Positions 19,396-28,174 of a DNA stretch of 64,000 nt are shown here, piece by piece; the stretch's first letter is position 1, and each line of letters opens with the position of its first letter. The DNA comes from Sphingomonas sp. (GTDB lineage Bacteria > Pseudomonadota > Alphaproteobacteria > Sphingomonadales > Sphingomonadaceae): assembly GCA_046155125.1 (NCBI GenBank), contig JBJXEC010000004.1:457-64456 (forward strand), in the 5' to 3' direction. Below the pieces are notes generated by a model that did not search any database, was not told the origin of the DNA, and was given only the letters and a program-made list of their open reading frames with translations. The position numbers and the translations under genes are program-made.

Positions 19396-20640
19396 TCAGT
19401 GCGCCATCGCCAGACCATCCCCGCGATCAGCCTCGTCAACGGGGATGATGCGCGGAATGAGCATTTGGACGAGGCAGAGCGCCAGCAGGTACGAGCCCGA
19501 GCAGATGGCGAGCAACGGCCCATAGCCCCAGCCGTGCGACAGCGAATAGGCCGCAAGCTGGATTAGCACGATCGACCACATATTTCCGCAAAACGCCGCG
19601 ATGCCGATGGCCGAGCCCACCGATCGCGCCGGGAAAATGTCGGTCGCAAGACCAAACAGGTTGGTCGAAAAGCCCTGATGCGCAAACAGGCCAAGCCCCA
19701 GCAACAGCGCCGCACTCCAGGCATCATTTACGAACAGCACGCCGATGACAGGGAAGATCATCAGCGCATAAAGCAGCAGCGTGCTCTTGCGCGCGCGATC
19801 AACGCTCCAGCCCATCGCCATCAGCCGCGTCGGCAGCCAGCCGCCGCTCAACGCGCCAAGCGCTGCCAGCAGATAGACCAGCGCGACCGGCAGCCCGAGC
19901 TTGCCCTGTGGCAGGCCAAACAGCCGGTGAAACAGATCAGGCAACCATGACAGCATGAAAAACCACACCTGATCGCTCAACACCTTGGCGATGGCGAGTG
20001 CGGCAAGCTTGCGGTCGCGCAGCAGCGATGCCCATTTTACGGGGGCAGGCGCGGCGCCGTCTTCGGCCACCGGCCGCACCTTGATGGCAAACCACACGGC
20101 AACCCAAATAAGCCCGAGGCCGCCTGCAACCAGAAAAGCAGTCCGCCATCCAAACGCGACCGCAAGCGCGGGGATGGCAAGCGGCGTTACCACCGCGCCG
20201 ACGTTGGGCGCGGTATTGCCGATGCCGAGCGCGACCGAACGTTCCTTTTGGGTAAAATAGGTGGCGGCGGACTTGACCGCGGCGGGCGTGCCAATGGATT
20301 CGGCAGCGCCAAGCACGATCCGGGCGATGATGAAACCGGCAACGCCTGCGGCAAACGCATGCGCCATGCCGGCCAGGCTCCAGACCGCAACGCCAATCGC
20401 AAAGCCAAGCCTCAGGCCGACCCGGTCGATGAACCAGCCAGTTCCCAAAAACGCCACCGCGGCCGAAAACTGGAAGGCCGACACCATATTGGCATAGTCC
20501 TGATCCGACCAGCGAAACTCCGCCTCCAGCGAAGGCTTCAGCAGCGCCAATATCTGGCGATCAACATAGTTGAGCATGATGGCGAAAAACACCATCGCCA
20601 CGATCACCCAGCGCGCCGCCCCGCCCCGCCCTGCCATCAT
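19396..20640 (-). CDS. MFS transporter, anion:cation symporter (ExuT/hexuronate-like) type
   Basis: 414 aa with about 12 TM helices. The N-terminal LNYVDRQILALLKP motif is typical of ACS-family MFS permeases. Confidence 0.8.
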   Translation of the reverse strand: MMAGRGGAARWVIVAMVFFAIMLNYVDRQILALLKPSLEAEFRWSDQDYANMVSAFQFSAAVAFLGTGWFIDRVGLRLGFAIGVAVWSLAGMAHAFAAGVAGFIIARIVLGAAESIGTPAAVKSAATYFTQKERSVALGIGNTAPNVGAVVTPLAIPALAVAFGWRTAFLVAGGLGLIWVAVWFAIKVRPVAEDGAAPAPVKWASLLRDRKLAALAIAKVLSDQVWFFMLSWLPDLFHRLFGLPQGKLGLPVALVYLLAALGALSGGWLPTRLMAMGWSVDRARKSTLLLYALMIFPVIGVLFVNDAWSAALLLGLGLFAHQGFSTNLFGLATDIFPARSVGSAIGIAAFCGNMWSIVLIQLAAYSLSHGWGYGPLLAICSGSYLLALCLVQMLIPRIIPVDEADRGDGLAMAH

Positions 20641-20745
20641 CCAAGCCCTCCCGCCTTATTGCCTTGCCGATAACGTTGTCATACCCGCAACGCTTGGGCT
20701 AGTCATTTGCGCTTGGCGTGGATGGCGGCGTAATCAAGGGGCGGC

Positions 20746-21804
20746 ATGGCGCACAGGCAAGCACAACCGGCGCAACGCCCCTTGCCGATGGCCGCCGACC
20801 TGTATGGCGATATCGAGCCCAGCCCCAAGGCGCGCTGGCAGGATTATCTGCCGGGGCTGATCGTGGTGGGGGCCGGAACGCTCTCCGCCGGGTTCATCTC
20901 CGACCATTATGGGGCGCCGCTTACCTTAATGGCCTTGTTGATAGGGCTGGCGCTTAATTTTTTGAGTGCGGACGCGCGGCTGGCGCCGGGGCTTGCCTTT
21001 GCCTCGCGCTCGCTGTTGCGCTGGGGGATTGTGCTGGTGGGCGTGCGCGTCACCTTTGGGCAGATTGCAGCGCTTGGGCCGGTCGCGTTGCTGGCGGTGC
21101 TGGTGATCGTCGCACTGGTGATTGGTGCGGGGGTGTTGGCGGCGCGTGGGCTGGGGTTTGACAGCGCGTTTGGGGTGCTGGCGGGCGGGGCCGTGGCGAT
21201 TTGCGGGGCATCGGCCGCGCTCGCGCTTGCCACAACGCTTGGGGAGAAGCGCGCCGGGCAAGGGCAGCTGACGCTGGTGCTCGTCGGGATTTCGGCGATG
21301 AGTGCGCTCGCGCTCGTGTTCTACCCGTTGATTGCGCACGCGTTTTACTTGAGTGACCTGAAGGCGGGGTTCATGCTGGGCGCGTCGATCCATGATGTCG
21401 CGCAGACGCTGGGTGCGGGCTATGCCTATTCACGCGGGGCGGGGGAGATTGCCGCCATCGTGAAGCTTACGCGGGTCGCGCTGCTCGCGCCGGTGCTTGC
21501 GCTCGTTGCCATCGCCTATCCTGTCGAGGGCGCGCGGAAAAATGGGCCAGCGGTGCCGTGGTTCGTGGTTGGCTTTTTTGTCATGGCGGGGGTAAATTCG
21601 CTTGGCGTTGTCCCCGTCGGCGTTGCCGCTGGCGCTGAGCGGGTTGCTGCAGCGATGCTTGCCTGCGCCGTAACGGCCACCGCGATCCGATCGCCCATGC
21701 GGCAGTTGATGGAAGGCGGGCCGCGCCCGCTGCTGGTCATTGTCGCCGCTACCCTTGTCGCGCTCGGGCTCGCGCTTGGCGCGACACTCCTCCTGATCGG
21801 CTGA
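20746..21804 (+). CDS. YeiH/UPF0324 family membrane protein (family annotated as putative sulfate exporter)
   Basis: 352 aa, highly hydrophobic with a repeated-helix architecture. Blocks such as GASIHDVAQ and KLTRVALLAP are typical of the YeiH family. Confidence 0.75.
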   Translation: MAHRQAQPAQRPLPMAADLYGDIEPSPKARWQDYLPGLIVVGAGTLSAGFISDHYGAPLTLMALLIGLALNFLSADARLAPGLAFASRSLLRWGIVLVGVRVTFGQIAALGPVALLAVLVIVALVIGAGVLAARGLGFDSAFGVLAGGAVAICGASAALALATTLGEKRAGQGQLTLVLVGISAMSALALVFYPLIAHAFYLSDLKAGFMLGASIHDVAQTLGAGYAYSRGAGEIAAIVKLTRVALLAPVLALVAIAYPVEGARKNGPAVPWFVVGFFVMAGVNSLGVVPVGVAAGAERVAAAMLACAVTATAIRSPMRQLMEGGPRPLLVIVAATLVALGLALGATLLLIG

Positions 21805-21811
21805 TATGGGT

Positions 21812-22861
21812 TCAGTCCGTCCGCGCGGGCCCGGTTGAATCGCGCACCACCAGCGTGAATGGAATTTCGCGCTGCGCCGGGTTGTCGCTCAACAGCAGGT
21901 CAGCCGCCTGATGCGCCAGTTCGCGAATCGGCTGACGGATCGTGGTCAGCGGCGGCCACACATAACCGGCCAGTGCGGTATCATCGAAGCCTGCAACCGA
22001 CAGCGCACCCGGCACTGCAACCCCGCGCCGGTGCGCCACGCTCAAAACGCCCGCTGCCATGTCATCGCTTGAAGCAAAAATCGCGGTCGGTGGCGATTGC
22101 AGCGCCAGCAGCGCTTCGGCTTCGGCAGCGCCTGATGCAAAGTCGTACTGGCCGTGCCGCACCAGCTCGGGATCAACCGCAATGCCTGCGGCCGCCATCG
22201 CCAGACGAAAGCCTGCCTCGCGCTGTGCGCTGGTTGCATAGCCCGATTGCCCCGTGATGAAGCCGATCCGCCGGTGGCCAAGGTCAACCAGATGTCGCGT
22301 CATGGTGGCAGCGGCGGCGCGGTTGTCGATATAGGTGGCCGGCGCCAGACCGGGATCGCTGCCCGGCGACACGCGGACGAACGCCACCCCGTGCCGTTCG
22401 AGCAGCGCCAGCACCGCGGGATGGTCGCTTGCCGGCGGGGTCAGGATCAGTCCATCGATATGGGTCGCCTCGATGAGGCTTTCGATATCGGCGATCAGCT
22501 TGGTAGAGCTCCGGTCGTAGGGCTGCGCGATCATCCGAACTCCGTCCGCCTCGCAGCGGTCGCGGATGCCGGATTGCATCTCATAAACATAATAGGGGCT
22601 CGGATTGTCGCAAATGAGCGCAATCTGAAAGGATCGCCTTCCGGCAAGCGCCCGCGCTGCGCTGCTCGGACGAAAGTTTAGCCGCGCGACAATGGCGGCG
22701 ACCCGAGCGCGGGTTTCGGCCCCGACATAGCGTTCATTGTTCAGCACCCGCGACACCGTCTTGATCGAGACGCCCGCCTCGCGTGACACGTCTTTTATGG
22801 TCACGCGCGGCGCCCCGGGTTCTCGCATCGCATGGTTGGGCGTGACTGCAGGGTCGTTCAC
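21812..22861 (-). CDS. LacI family transcriptional regulator
   Basis: It has an N-terminal HTH (VTIKDVSREAGVSIKTVSRVLNN) and a periplasmic-binding-protein-like effector domain. Confidence 0.88.
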   Translation of the reverse strand: MNDPAVTPNHAMREPGAPRVTIKDVSREAGVSIKTVSRVLNNERYVGAETRARVAAIVARLNFRPSSAARALAGRRSFQIALICDNPSPYYVYEMQSGIRDRCEADGVRMIAQPYDRSSTKLIADIESLIEATHIDGLILTPPASDHPAVLALLERHGVAFVRVSPGSDPGLAPATYIDNRAAAATMTRHLVDLGHRRIGFITGQSGYATSAQREAGFRLAMAAAGIAVDPELVRHGQYDFASGAAEAEALLALQSPPTAIFASSDDMAAGVLSVAHRRGVAVPGALSVAGFDDTALAGYVWPPLTTIRQPIRELAHQAADLLLSDNPAQREIPFTLVVRDSTGPARTD

Positions 22862-23000
22862 ACAAGCGTTTTGCCCCAGCCCTTGCGCTGAGTCGATGCG
22901 TTGTTTAGCGCTGGCCTTGCGGTCACCGTCTTACTAATATAATACAGTGAGAGCGGCTTGGTGCTTGCCGCAACGTAACAAAAGGCGGCAGATAGCGACG

Positions 23001-25217
23001 ATGCGTTACAGCCCGTTTGATTCTGGCCCGCCCGGCCGTGAGCGTCGCCCCTGGCGGGGCGATAACGCGCCGCTGGAACTGACGGGTGGCATGCCGCCAC
23101 CCGATTCGGCATTTGGCGGACCCAGTGCCCTCGATGACGATTTGGATGAACGGCCGTGGGACGATCAGCCTTGGGTTGAAGGTCAAGCAGAGGCGCCACC
23201 GCGTCGCCGGTTTCGCTGGTTTCGCTGGGCGGTTCGCGGGGTGGCGGCCCTGTTCTTGTTGTTCATGCTGCTTGTCGGTTGGCTGGCGTTGACCGCGCCG
23301 CTGTCCAAATCACTGGAGCCGCCGACGCCGCCCCAGATCACGTTGCTGGCGGCTGACGGCACGCCCATTGCGCGGCGCGGCGCGATTATCGGCAAACCAG
23401 TCGATGCGGCGTCGCTTCCACCCCATGTGCCGCAGGCGTTTCTGGCGATTGAGGACCGGCGCTTCTTTAGCCATTGGGGGGTTGATCCCTGGGGCATTGC
23501 GCGTGCGATGGCGCACAATATTGCTGCCGGGCGGATGCGCGAGGGCGGCAGCACGATCACGCAACAGCTCGCCAAAAACGCTTTTCTTGATTCGGACCGT
23601 ACCGCCGGGCGCAAGCTGCGCGAGGCGATGATCGCGTTCTGGCTTGAGGCGTGGCTGACGAAGAACGACATCCTGTCGCGCTATCTGTCGAACGTGTATT
23701 TCGGCGACAATGTCTATGGGCTGAGCGCCGCCGCAAAGCATTATTTCAGCACGACGCCGGCCCGGCTCACCGTCTCCCAGGCGGCAATGCTGGCGGGGTT
23801 GGTGAAGGCGCCGTCGCGGCTTGCCCCCACCGGCAATTTGAAGGGCGCGCGCGACCGGCAAAAGCTGGTGGTCGGCGCAATGGCCGAGGCCGGCTTCTTG
23901 TCCACGGCCCAAGCGGCGGATGCCGGGCCGGCAAGGCTCAAGACGGACAGTGCCTCGACGCTTCCCGACGGCACCTATTTTGCTGATTGGGTGCTGCCTG
24001 CCGCGCGCGACCAGGCCGGCGCCATCAATGCCGCGTCGCGGGTTTCCACCACGCTCGACGCGCGCCTCCAGCGTGCAGCGGAGCGCGCGGTCAGGCAAGC
24101 TGGCCTCAAAAAGGCGCAAGTCGCGATTGTCGCGATGCGACCCGACGGGCGGGTGGTCGCCATGGTCGGCGGCAAATCCTATGCCGACAGCCCGTTCAAC
24201 CGGGCGACCCAAGCGCGACGCCAGCCGGGCTCCGCCTTCAAGCTGTTTGTGTATCTTGCCGCGCTTCGCAGCGGCCTGACCCCGGACTCGATGGTGGAGG
24301 ATGCGCCAGTCACCATTGGCCAATGGAGCCCCAGGAACAGCGACGGGCGCTATCGCGGGCAAATCACCCTGCGCGAGGCGTTTGCGCGCTCAAGCAACGT
24401 GGCGGCTGCGCGGCTGACACAGCAGGTCGGCGTCGCTGCCGTCATCAGGGCGGCCCGCGACCTTGGCATATCGACACCGCTGCCAAGTGAGGCGACGATT
24501 GCGCTTGGTACCGCGAATGTGTCGCTGCTGGAACTCACGGGCGCCTATGCAGCGGTTGCGGCCAACGCCTACCCGGTGCAGGCGCGCGGGCTTGAGGCGG
24601 CTGAAGACCGTGGCTGGTTTTCCGTGCTGACCGGCCGGTCCTCGTCGCTTGGCAGCAGGGTGCACGATGACATGCTCGATTTACTCGCAAGCTCCATCGA
24701 TTCGGGCACTGGCCGCCAGGCAGCGCTGTCGATCCGCAGCTATGGCAAGACCGGCACCAGCCAGGACAATCGCGACGCCTTGTTCATGGGCTTCGCCAAT
24801 GATCTGGTGGTGGGCGTCTGGGTTGGCAATGACGATAACTCGCCCAATCCAGGGTTGTCGGGCGGCGGCATTCCGGCGCGGATCTGGCGCAATTTCATGC
24901 AGAACGCGCTGGGGGTGGCGCCCGCGGTACGCGCGACCCCGGCATCCGATTCTGGCGCCGATGCCGAAGCCGATCCCGACGCGCTGACCGGCCCCGATAG
25001 CGGCCCGATTGACACGCCGATCAAGGGCATTGAGGGGTCGTTTAGCGGCTTTGGTCTCAATCTTGAGCTGGGTCGTGACGGGACGATCAATGTCAACCGG
25101 GCGCCGCCTCCGCCGCCCGGCGCACCGCGCGGTGAGGACAAGCCGCGGCTGTTGCTCCGCCCGGTCGGCCCCTTGCCGGACGAAGGCGCCCCCAAAACGC
25201 CCAAACCTGCGCAATAA
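23001..25217 (+). CDS. class A penicillin-binding protein (transglycosylase/transpeptidase, PBP1A family)
   Basis: It has the GT51 motif EDRRFFSHWGVD and the transpeptidase motifs SAFK (SxxK), SPRN (SxN) and KTGT. The start is uncertain (22947 or ATG 23001). Confidence 0.88.
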   Translation: MRYSPFDSGPPGRERRPWRGDNAPLELTGGMPPPDSAFGGPSALDDDLDERPWDDQPWVEGQAEAPPRRRFRWFRWAVRGVAALFLLFMLLVGWLALTAPLSKSLEPPTPPQITLLAADGTPIARRGAIIGKPVDAASLPPHVPQAFLAIEDRRFFSHWGVDPWGIARAMAHNIAAGRMREGGSTITQQLAKNAFLDSDRTAGRKLREAMIAFWLEAWLTKNDILSRYLSNVYFGDNVYGLSAAAKHYFSTTPARLTVSQAAMLAGLVKAPSRLAPTGNLKGARDRQKLVVGAMAEAGFLSTAQAADAGPARLKTDSASTLPDGTYFADWVLPAARDQAGAINAASRVSTTLDARLQRAAERAVRQAGLKKAQVAIVAMRPDGRVVAMVGGKSYADSPFNRATQARRQPGSAFKLFVYLAALRSGLTPDSMVEDAPVTIGQWSPRNSDGRYRGQITLREAFARSSNVAAARLTQQVGVAAVIRAARDLGISTPLPSEATIALGTANVSLLELTGAYAAVAANAYPVQARGLEAAEDRGWFSVLTGRSSSLGSRVHDDMLDLLASSIDSGTGRQAALSIRSYGKTGTSQDNRDALFMGFANDLVVGVWVGNDDNSPNPGLSGGGIPARIWRNFMQNALGVAPAVRATPASDSGADAEADPDALTGPDSGPIDTPIKGIEGSFSGFGLNLELGRDGTINVNRAPPPPPGAPRGEDKPRLLLRPVGPLPDEGAPKTPKPAQ

Positions 25218-25265
25218 TCGACCGCGGCAGTTGACGCACGCCGGACGGGCTCGCTACGCCCGGCT

Positions 25266-26267
25266 GTGCGCTTTTTCTCTGACAATGCCGCTCCTGCCTG
25301 CCCGCAAGTTCTGCGCGCGCTTGGCGAGGCGAACGTGCTCGACACCGCCTATGATGGTGATGCCTGGAGCAAGCAGCTTCGCGCGCGCGCCTCGGCCCTG
25401 TTCGAAACCGATGTCGAGGCCTTGTGGGTGCCCTCTGGCACAGCCGCCAATTGCCTGGCGCTGGCCGCGCTGTGCCCGCCGCACGGCGCCATCATCTGCC
25501 ACCATGACGCGCATATCCAGAATGATGAGTGCGGCGCGCCGGAATTTTATACCCACGGCGCCAAGCTGTTGCTCGCTGACGGCTTGGGGGCAAAACTGAC
25601 GCCGGCGTCGCTGCGCGCCGTGCTCGAGGCGACGCGCAACGATGTACACCAAGTCCAGCCGCATGCAGTCTCCATCACGAACGCGACCGAATATGGGCTA
25701 GTCTATACGCCAGCAGAAGTAGGCGCGATTGCCGAGCTTGCCCGGTCGCGCGGGTTGCGGCTGCACATGGACGGCGCGCGCTTTGCCAACGCGGTTGCAC
25801 ATCTTGGGTGTTCGCCCGCTGACCTAACATGGCGCGCGGGCATTGATGCGCTCAGTTTCGGTTTTATCAAAAACGGCGGGATGACGGCGGAGCTGCTGGT
25901 ATTCTTCAAGCCCGATCTGGCCGCCGCCACGCTGTATCGTCGCAAGCGCGCTGGGTTGCTGCTGTCTAAAGGGCGCTATCTTGCCGCCCAGATCCTGGCG
26001 ATGCTCAATGATGACGTGTGGCTGGTCAACGCGCGCAGTGCCAATGCGGGTGCTGCGATGCTGGGGGCAAGCGCGGGCGCGCGGCTGATCCACCCGGTCG
26101 AGGCCAACGAAGTGTTTCTCCGGCTTACGCCTGCTGAGGCCGCCAGCCTGCGGGCGCGCGGCTTTGACTTTTACGACTGGGGGCCGGGCGAGGCGCGGCT
26201 GGTCGTTTCGTGGCACCAGCGTGAGGCCGATATCCAGCCGCTGGCCGACGCGATCGCAACGTTGTGA
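25266..26267 (+). CDS. ltaE: low-specificity L-threonine aldolase
   Basis: 333 aa with a beta-eliminating lyase/threonine aldolase pattern (FFSDN, VPSGTAANCLAL, HMDGARFANA). The start is GTG. Confidence 0.8.
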   Translation: MRFFSDNAAPACPQVLRALGEANVLDTAYDGDAWSKQLRARASALFETDVEALWVPSGTAANCLALAALCPPHGAIICHHDAHIQNDECGAPEFYTHGAKLLLADGLGAKLTPASLRAVLEATRNDVHQVQPHAVSITNATEYGLVYTPAEVGAIAELARSRGLRLHMDGARFANAVAHLGCSPADLTWRAGIDALSFGFIKNGGMTAELLVFFKPDLAAATLYRRKRAGLLLSKGRYLAAQILAMLNDDVWLVNARSANAGAAMLGASAGARLIHPVEANEVFLRLTPAEAASLRARGFDFYDWGPGEARLVVSWHQREADIQPLADAIATL

Positions 26268-26328
26268 CGGGCGGCGCGCTGGTCTCGGAGCGCGGGCCAG
26301 GCTGCCTCAGCCCCAAGCGTTGCGCATC

Positions 26329-27261
26329 ATGAGCGCCAGTTTGGCGCCTGAGGTTGGCGCGCAGCCGCCAAGCCGGACATGGATATTTGTTGCCTTTGTG
26401 CTGGTGACGCTCATCTGGGGGTCGACTTGGATCGTCATCCGCGATCAGCTCGGCCCGGTGTCGCCGAGCTGGTCCGTTACCTACCGGTTTCTGATTGCCG
26501 GGGTGACGATGCTGGCGGTCGCGGCGGTGCGGCGCGAGCGGCTGGTGCTTGACCGCACTGGCTGGGTGTTTGTCGGGGCCATGGGGCTGTTCCAGTTCTG
26601 TCTCAATTTCAATTTCGTTTACGAAGCTGAGACGTTCATCACATCAGGTCTGGTCGCGGCGGTGTTTGCCTTGCTGCTGATCCCGAACGCGGTGCTTGGG
26701 CGGCTTTTTCTCGGCCAGTCGCTCAGCCGTGCCGCCATTATTGGCTCCGTCATCGCGATGGTTGGCGTAGCGATGCTGCTGGCAGCGCAAATTCGCGCCG
26801 ACCCCAACAGCGCGGTGAACACCCTTGTCGGTGTCGGTACGACATTGCTTGGCGTCGTGTCGGCATCATGCGCCAACATCTTGCAGGGGACGCAAACGGC
26901 CAAGCGTTATCCGATGATCCCAACGCTTGGGGTCGCCATGCTGGTCGGCGCTGTGCTGGACGCGGCGCTTGCGTGGTCGGTTGCAGGGCCGCCAGTGGTG
27001 GAATGGCGCCTGGGGTATCTGGCCGGCACGCTATATCTCGGCGTGATCGCCTCGGCGCTGGCTTTTACCCTTTATTTCAGTATCATCCGCGTGATTGGCG
27101 CCGCCCGTGCGGCGTATACCAGTATCCTGGTGCCGATTATCGCGATGGTTATTTCCACGCTGGTTGAGGGGTATCAATGGCGGCCAATCGGCGCCGCAGG
27201 GGCGGTCGTCGCGCTGGTCGGGCTCGTGGTTGCCGTCAGCGCGCGCAAGCCTGCCCGGTAA
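26329..27261 (+). CDS. EamA/DMT family transporter
   Basis: Trimmed to ATG 26329. It has ten hydrophobic helices in two EamA-like repeats (LIWGSTW...). Confidence 0.8.
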   Translation: MSASLAPEVGAQPPSRTWIFVAFVLVTLIWGSTWIVIRDQLGPVSPSWSVTYRFLIAGVTMLAVAAVRRERLVLDRTGWVFVGAMGLFQFCLNFNFVYEAETFITSGLVAAVFALLLIPNAVLGRLFLGQSLSRAAIIGSVIAMVGVAMLLAAQIRADPNSAVNTLVGVGTTLLGVVSASCANILQGTQTAKRYPMIPTLGVAMLVGAVLDAALAWSVAGPPVVEWRLGYLAGTLYLGVIASALAFTLYFSIIRVIGAARAAYTSILVPIIAMVISTLVEGYQWRPIGAAGAVVALVGLVVAVSARKPAR

Positions 27262-28052
27262 TCTGGATAAGTCGGCGCCCAGCCCAGCACGCGCTTCGCC
27301 TTGCTGTTCGCGACGCGGCGGTTTTCGGCGTAAAATCCGCGAGCCATGGCGGACAGGCCGGCCTCGTCCATGGTCATTAGCGGCGGTGGCGGCAGGCCCA
27401 GCAGGCCGCAAGCAAAGTCGATGACTTCGTTCTGGCTGCACGGCAGGTCGTCAGCCAGATTGAATGCGCCCGGCGGCGCCCCAAACCCCGCAATAACCCC
27501 CGCCACAATATCGTCGACATGAATGCGGCTGAAAACCTGATTGGCCAGCTCAATCCGGTGCGCGCGACCCTGGGCAACGCGGTCCAGCGCTGAACGCCCC
27601 GGGCCATAGATGCCCGGCAGCCGGAATACGCGCGCCCCCCGCGCCAACCATTCGGCATCCGCCTGCGCCCTGGCGCTGCGCCGGCACGCGCCAGTCAGCG
27701 CCGATTCGTCGACCCAGGCGCCACCAGTGTCGCCATAAACACCGGTTGATGACAAATAGCCTGTCCATCCGCCATATTGCCGCAGTACCTCTCCATACGC
27801 GGTGAGCACCGGGTCTGTGCCATCGACGGGCGGCGTTGAGACGAGCATGTGCGTCGCCCCGTCGAGCGCTGCCAACACCGCGGCTTTGTCATAAAAGGCA
27901 AGCGTGCCCGCCGCGCCGGATCGGCTAGTGCCAGTGACTCGCCAGCCCCGCCGCGCCAGCCGTTCGGCCAGTCTGGACGCCGTATAGCCTAGACCGAACA
28001 CGAATAGGCTGCCCGGGTCCCCGGCAGCGATTGGCACTGATCGTGGCAGCAT
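27174..28052 (-). CDS. SDR family NAD(P)-dependent oxidoreductase (epimerase/dehydratase-like)
   Basis: It has a Rossmann N-terminus (LFVFGLGYTASRLAERL). The start is uncertain (28052 or 28085). Its 3' end overlaps the convergent EamA gene by 88 nt. Confidence 0.65.
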   Translation of the reverse strand: MLPRSVPIAAGDPGSLFVFGLGYTASRLAERLARRGWRVTGTSRSGAAGTLAFYDKAAVLAALDGATHMLVSTPPVDGTDPVLTAYGEVLRQYGGWTGYLSSTGVYGDTGGAWVDESALTGACRRSARAQADAEWLARGARVFRLPGIYGPGRSALDRVAQGRAHRIELANQVFSRIHVDDIVAGVIAGFGAPPGAFNLADDLPCSQNEVIDFACGLLGLPPPPLMTMDEAGLSAMARGFYAENRRVANSKAKRVLGWAPTYPDYRAGLRALTATTSPTSATTAPAAPIGRH

Positions 28053-28174
28053 GCCGCTCCTGCTTCCTGAAGCTGTCGGAAACACTTAGCGTATCGGGCG
28101 TTTTGCCGTAATACCATGCCAAGATTTCATCCCGCCGCGGCCTTGTTGTCGCGCCAGAATATCGAGCTGTTTGA

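Noticed and set aside
22911-22946. Sigma-70-like promoter (CTTGCG-N16-TATAAT at 22938-22943) upstream of the PBP gene.
   Set aside because: The -10 hexamer is perfect, but the -35 is poor and alphaproteobacterial promoters differ from the E. coli consensus. It was used only as weak support for the ATG 23001 start and is not reported as a feature.
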